From a candidate division TM6 bacterium GW2011_GWF2_38_10 (lineage in GTDB: Bacteria; Babelota; Babeliae; Babelales; RVW-14), in contig LBTY01000002.1 of assembly GCA_000992305.1 (NCBI GenBank), positions 37,490-101,489 on the forward strand: 64,000 nucleotides of DNA, in the 5' to 3' direction. This document shows positions 61,528-64,000 of this stretch, in pieces. The notes below the pieces were generated by a model, which was not told the DNA's origin, ran no database searches, and was given only the letters and a program-made list of their open reading frames with translations. The position numbers and the translations under genes are program-made. The stretch's first letter is position 1, and every line of letters begins with the position of its first letter.

Positions 61528-62541
61528 ATGCAAACGCAAGAGATAAAAATCCTGGAGGGGCAGCGGGCTTTGGGGTTTTCTCAGGAAAAAATGCGTGCCT
61601 TGCGTGATGCTGTGGCACAAGAAGTTGGGGCGATGGCCCTTTTGGAACGCGATATGCCCGAAAGTGCTGTTGTGTTACTCGACGCTCTTATGGCCACAAC
61701 CGGAAAAATCGTTTTTTCTGGGATTGGCAAGTCATGGTTGATCGCACAAAAATTGGTAGGAACCTTTTGTGGGGTTGGCGTATCTGCCGTTGGCCTCCAT
61801 GGTTGTGATGCTTTGCACGGCGACCTTGGGTTGGTGCAACAGCAAGATCTTGTCATTGTTATTTCCAAAAGTGCTACCGGAATAGAATTTGAGTATGTTT
61901 TGTCGTCGCTGCGCTTGCAGGGTGTTCGCACCGCGCTTTTGTGCTGCAACAATGGTCCGTTGTGCGGGTATGCTGATATTGTTGTTCAAATTCCTTTTGA
62001 ACGTGAATCATGTCCTTTAAATTTGGCTCCAACAACGAGTTCAACAGTAACAATGGCTCTTGGCCATGCACTTGCGGTTGCGGTGAGTTCTGCTCGTGGT
62101 TTTGATAAAGCAGATTTTGCTCGTTTTCATCCCGCTGGGGCGCTAGGTCGCAAATTACTGTTAACGGTTGATGCGATTATGCACAAAGGTGATACGCTTC
62201 CGTTTGTGGGAGTTAACGCACCGTTTACCGATATCATGTACACTATTTCTTCTAAAAAACTTGGCTTTTGTATTGTGCGGGATGAGCAGAACGCTTTTGT
62301 TGGTGTGATTACCGATGGTGACTTGCGCCGTGCGTGCAACGTTGGTCCAGCGGTTTTTGAACAATGCGCCGCCGATTTTGTGAATACCAATCCAAAAACA
62401 ATAGAGCCGCGCGCGATGGCTATTCAGGCTTTGGAAGTTATGGAAAAATACAGCATTACCAATCTTGTGGTTGTTCATGATGGCGACATTGTTGGTGCTG
62501 TGCATATTCATGATTTGGTTAAGGCTGGTATTAAGGGGTAG
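61528..62541 (+). CDS. kdsD: Arabinose-5-phosphate isomerase (KpsF/GutQ)
   Basis: GIGKS, HGDLG, APTTS, FHPAGALG, TDGDLRR, CBS pair. Confidence 0.92.
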   Translation: MQTQEIKILEGQRALGFSQEKMRALRDAVAQEVGAMALLERDMPESAVVLLDALMATTGKIVFSGIGKSWLIAQKLVGTFCGVGVSAVGLHGCDALHGDLGLVQQQDLVIVISKSATGIEFEYVLSSLRLQGVRTALLCCNNGPLCGYADIVVQIPFERESCPLNLAPTTSSTVTMALGHALAVAVSSARGFDKADFARFHPAGALGRKLLLTVDAIMHKGDTLPFVGVNAPFTDIMYTISSKKLGFCIVRDEQNAFVGVITDGDLRRACNVGPAVFEQCAADFVNTNPKTIEPRAMAIQALEVMEKYSITNLVVVHDGDIVGAVHIHDLVKAGIKG

Positions 62542-62559
62542 TTCTTAAAAAAGGGAGCA

Positions 62560-63432
62560 ATGAGTATATTTTTTGCCCTGGTATATAGTATTATTTTTCT
62601 TTTTGGGATTTGTTGGGGGTCGTTTTTAAATGTTGTTGCGTATCGTATTGCATTTGAACGACCTTTTTTTACTGCTCGATCAATGTGTCCATTATGTGGA
62701 CAGGTGATTGCGTGGTATGACAATCTTCCGGTCATTTCGTGGCTTTTGCTGCGCGGTCGGTGTCGCCATTGTCGCAAACCAATCAGTTTTTTGTATCCTT
62801 TATTTGAGTTTTTGAGCGGTGTTATCTTTGTGTTGGTAGCGATGAAATTATTGCCTCGCTTTTTTCCTTCATATTATGTTACAAGTTTTGCTCCTTATTC
62901 GCTTGATATTGGACAATTTTATGAAAGCGTTTGTGGGAGTTTGTTTGCATATGCCGTAGGCTCAACATGTTCAGCCGTTGTGTTTTTTAGTGCACTTATT
63001 GTTGCAACTATTACCGATATTCGAGCCATGATTATTCCTCAGATTGCTTCTTTGTGGCTTGTACCGGCAGGAATTATTTTTTCTTTTATGGGGCTTACGG
63101 GAATATCGTATGGCGAAAGTGCTCTTGGTGCTTTTTTGGGCTATGGAGTTTTGTGGCTTGTGGCGAGTGTGTTTAAAGCGCTGACCAAAAAAGAGGGACT
63201 TGGGGTGGGGGATATGGAATTTTTGAGTATGATTGGGGCGTTTATTGGCCCTATTGGAATCTGGTTTACCGTTATGGTAGGATCAGTGTTGGGAATGATT
63301 ATTGGCGGTGCTTATATTGCGTTGCGGGGCCAGAATCGTATGACGCGCATACCATTTGGCCCATTTTTAGCGCTTGGCGCTGCCGCTTATTATTTGGGTG
63401 AGCCTCTTGTGATGAGGTTGTTTACGTTGTAG
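62560..63432 (+). CDS. pilD: Prepilin peptidase
   Basis: GSFLNVVAYR, SMCPLC..RGRCRHC, GLGVGD, IPFGPFL. Confidence 0.94.
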   Translation: MSIFFALVYSIIFLFGICWGSFLNVVAYRIAFERPFFTARSMCPLCGQVIAWYDNLPVISWLLLRGRCRHCRKPISFLYPLFEFLSGVIFVLVAMKLLPRFFPSYYVTSFAPYSLDIGQFYESVCGSLFAYAVGSTCSAVVFFSALIVATITDIRAMIIPQIASLWLVPAGIIFSFMGLTGISYGESALGAFLGYGVLWLVASVFKALTKKEGLGVGDMEFLSMIGAFIGPIGIWFTVMVGSVLGMIIGGAYIALRGQNRMTRIPFGPFLALGAAAYYLGEPLVMRLFTL

Positions 63433-63434
63433 GC

Positions 63435-63914
63435 TTACGCAAGCCCGTCTTGTTCGTGACGCAAATTTTTTTCGTCGTTTATACTCCATATATCATTTTT
63501 TTCGTTTTTGAGTGTTCCTGCAGCTTTTATAATAAAGTTGTGTTGGTCTGCTTGTGCTCCTGAAAGTTGTTGGGCTGGCGTATTGAGTTTGCCGGTAAAA
63601 TAATGCACGCCTTCTTGCGCGCCAGAAAAATAAAAACCATAGGTGTAATTAAATTTTTCTTGAGCGCCGCCGCCTTTGTAGCCTTCGGGTTTCCATCCTA
63701 TGCCGTGTTCTCCGTTAAGAACATTGGTGTAGGTTCCGTGTTCGGTGTAATATGCTTGCATAGCAGTGTGAAGCGAGGCTAGCATAATGGCGACTTCGGC
63801 TTGCTTTGCTTTTGCTTGATATGAAAAAAATTGAGGGACTGAGAGCGTTGCCAAAAAAGCAATAATAGCAACGGCTATCATTAATTCAATTAAGGTAAAT
63901 GCTGATTGCTTCAT
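63435..63914 (-). CDS. Type IV pilin
   Basis: A-FTLIELMIAVAIIAFLA..P, KAKQAE; SD GAAAGG. Confidence 0.88.
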   Translation of the reverse strand: MKQSAFTLIELMIAVAIIAFLATLSVPQFFSYQAKAKQAEVAIMLASLHTAMQAYYTEHGTYTNVLNGEHGIGWKPEGYKGGGAQEKFNYTYGFYFSGAQEGVHYFTGKLNTPAQQLSGAQADQHNFIIKAAGTLKNEKNDIWSINDEKNLRHEQDGLA

Positions 63915-64000
63915 ACGTTCCTTTCGTAAAAAAAAATTAACATTAGCTTGAGCATAAAAAGCTCACTTGTCTTAGGTCAAGATGTTTTATTTTTTTGCAA

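Overview
64-kb chromosomal segment of an AT-rich diderm bacterium. Gene content and protein style (ankyrin protein, membrane pyrophosphatase, many signal-peptide hypothetical proteins, dispersed core operons) best fit a protist-infecting lineage such as Dependentiae/Babelota (TM6); this assignment is an inference. The left part is housekeeping: rph-pnp-rpsO, rpoBC, rplKAJL, nusG-secE-rpmG, seven tRNAs, tsaE, atpG, murA, kdsB, tdk, radA, glmS, rpsI, dksA, tadA and gyrB. The right part mixes housekeeping genes (tsaB, rsmE, gpmI, bioY, hppA, ybeY, valS, ruvA, rpsU, rbfA, kdsD, pilD and a pilin) with secreted effector-like genes. The best candidate for an undescribed system lies at 48.4-59.1 kb. 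It contains a secreted PPP-family Ser/Thr phosphatase fused to LRRs and ending in a Ras/Rho-like CCaaX box (NCCLLI), a secreted paralogous phosphatase, and a secreted PLD-fold enzyme with a polybasic-Cxxx tail. These genes are arranged as two parallel [phosphatase]-[~210-aa exported protein]-[composite MITE/REP element] blocks. Other oddities: an 8-Cys insert in RpoB, gyrB broken by an apparent ~29-nt deletion of the ATP-binding DxGRG box, tamB split by a -1 shift, and a His-tagged DUF952 lipoprotein. No CRISPR array, integrase or transposase was seen.
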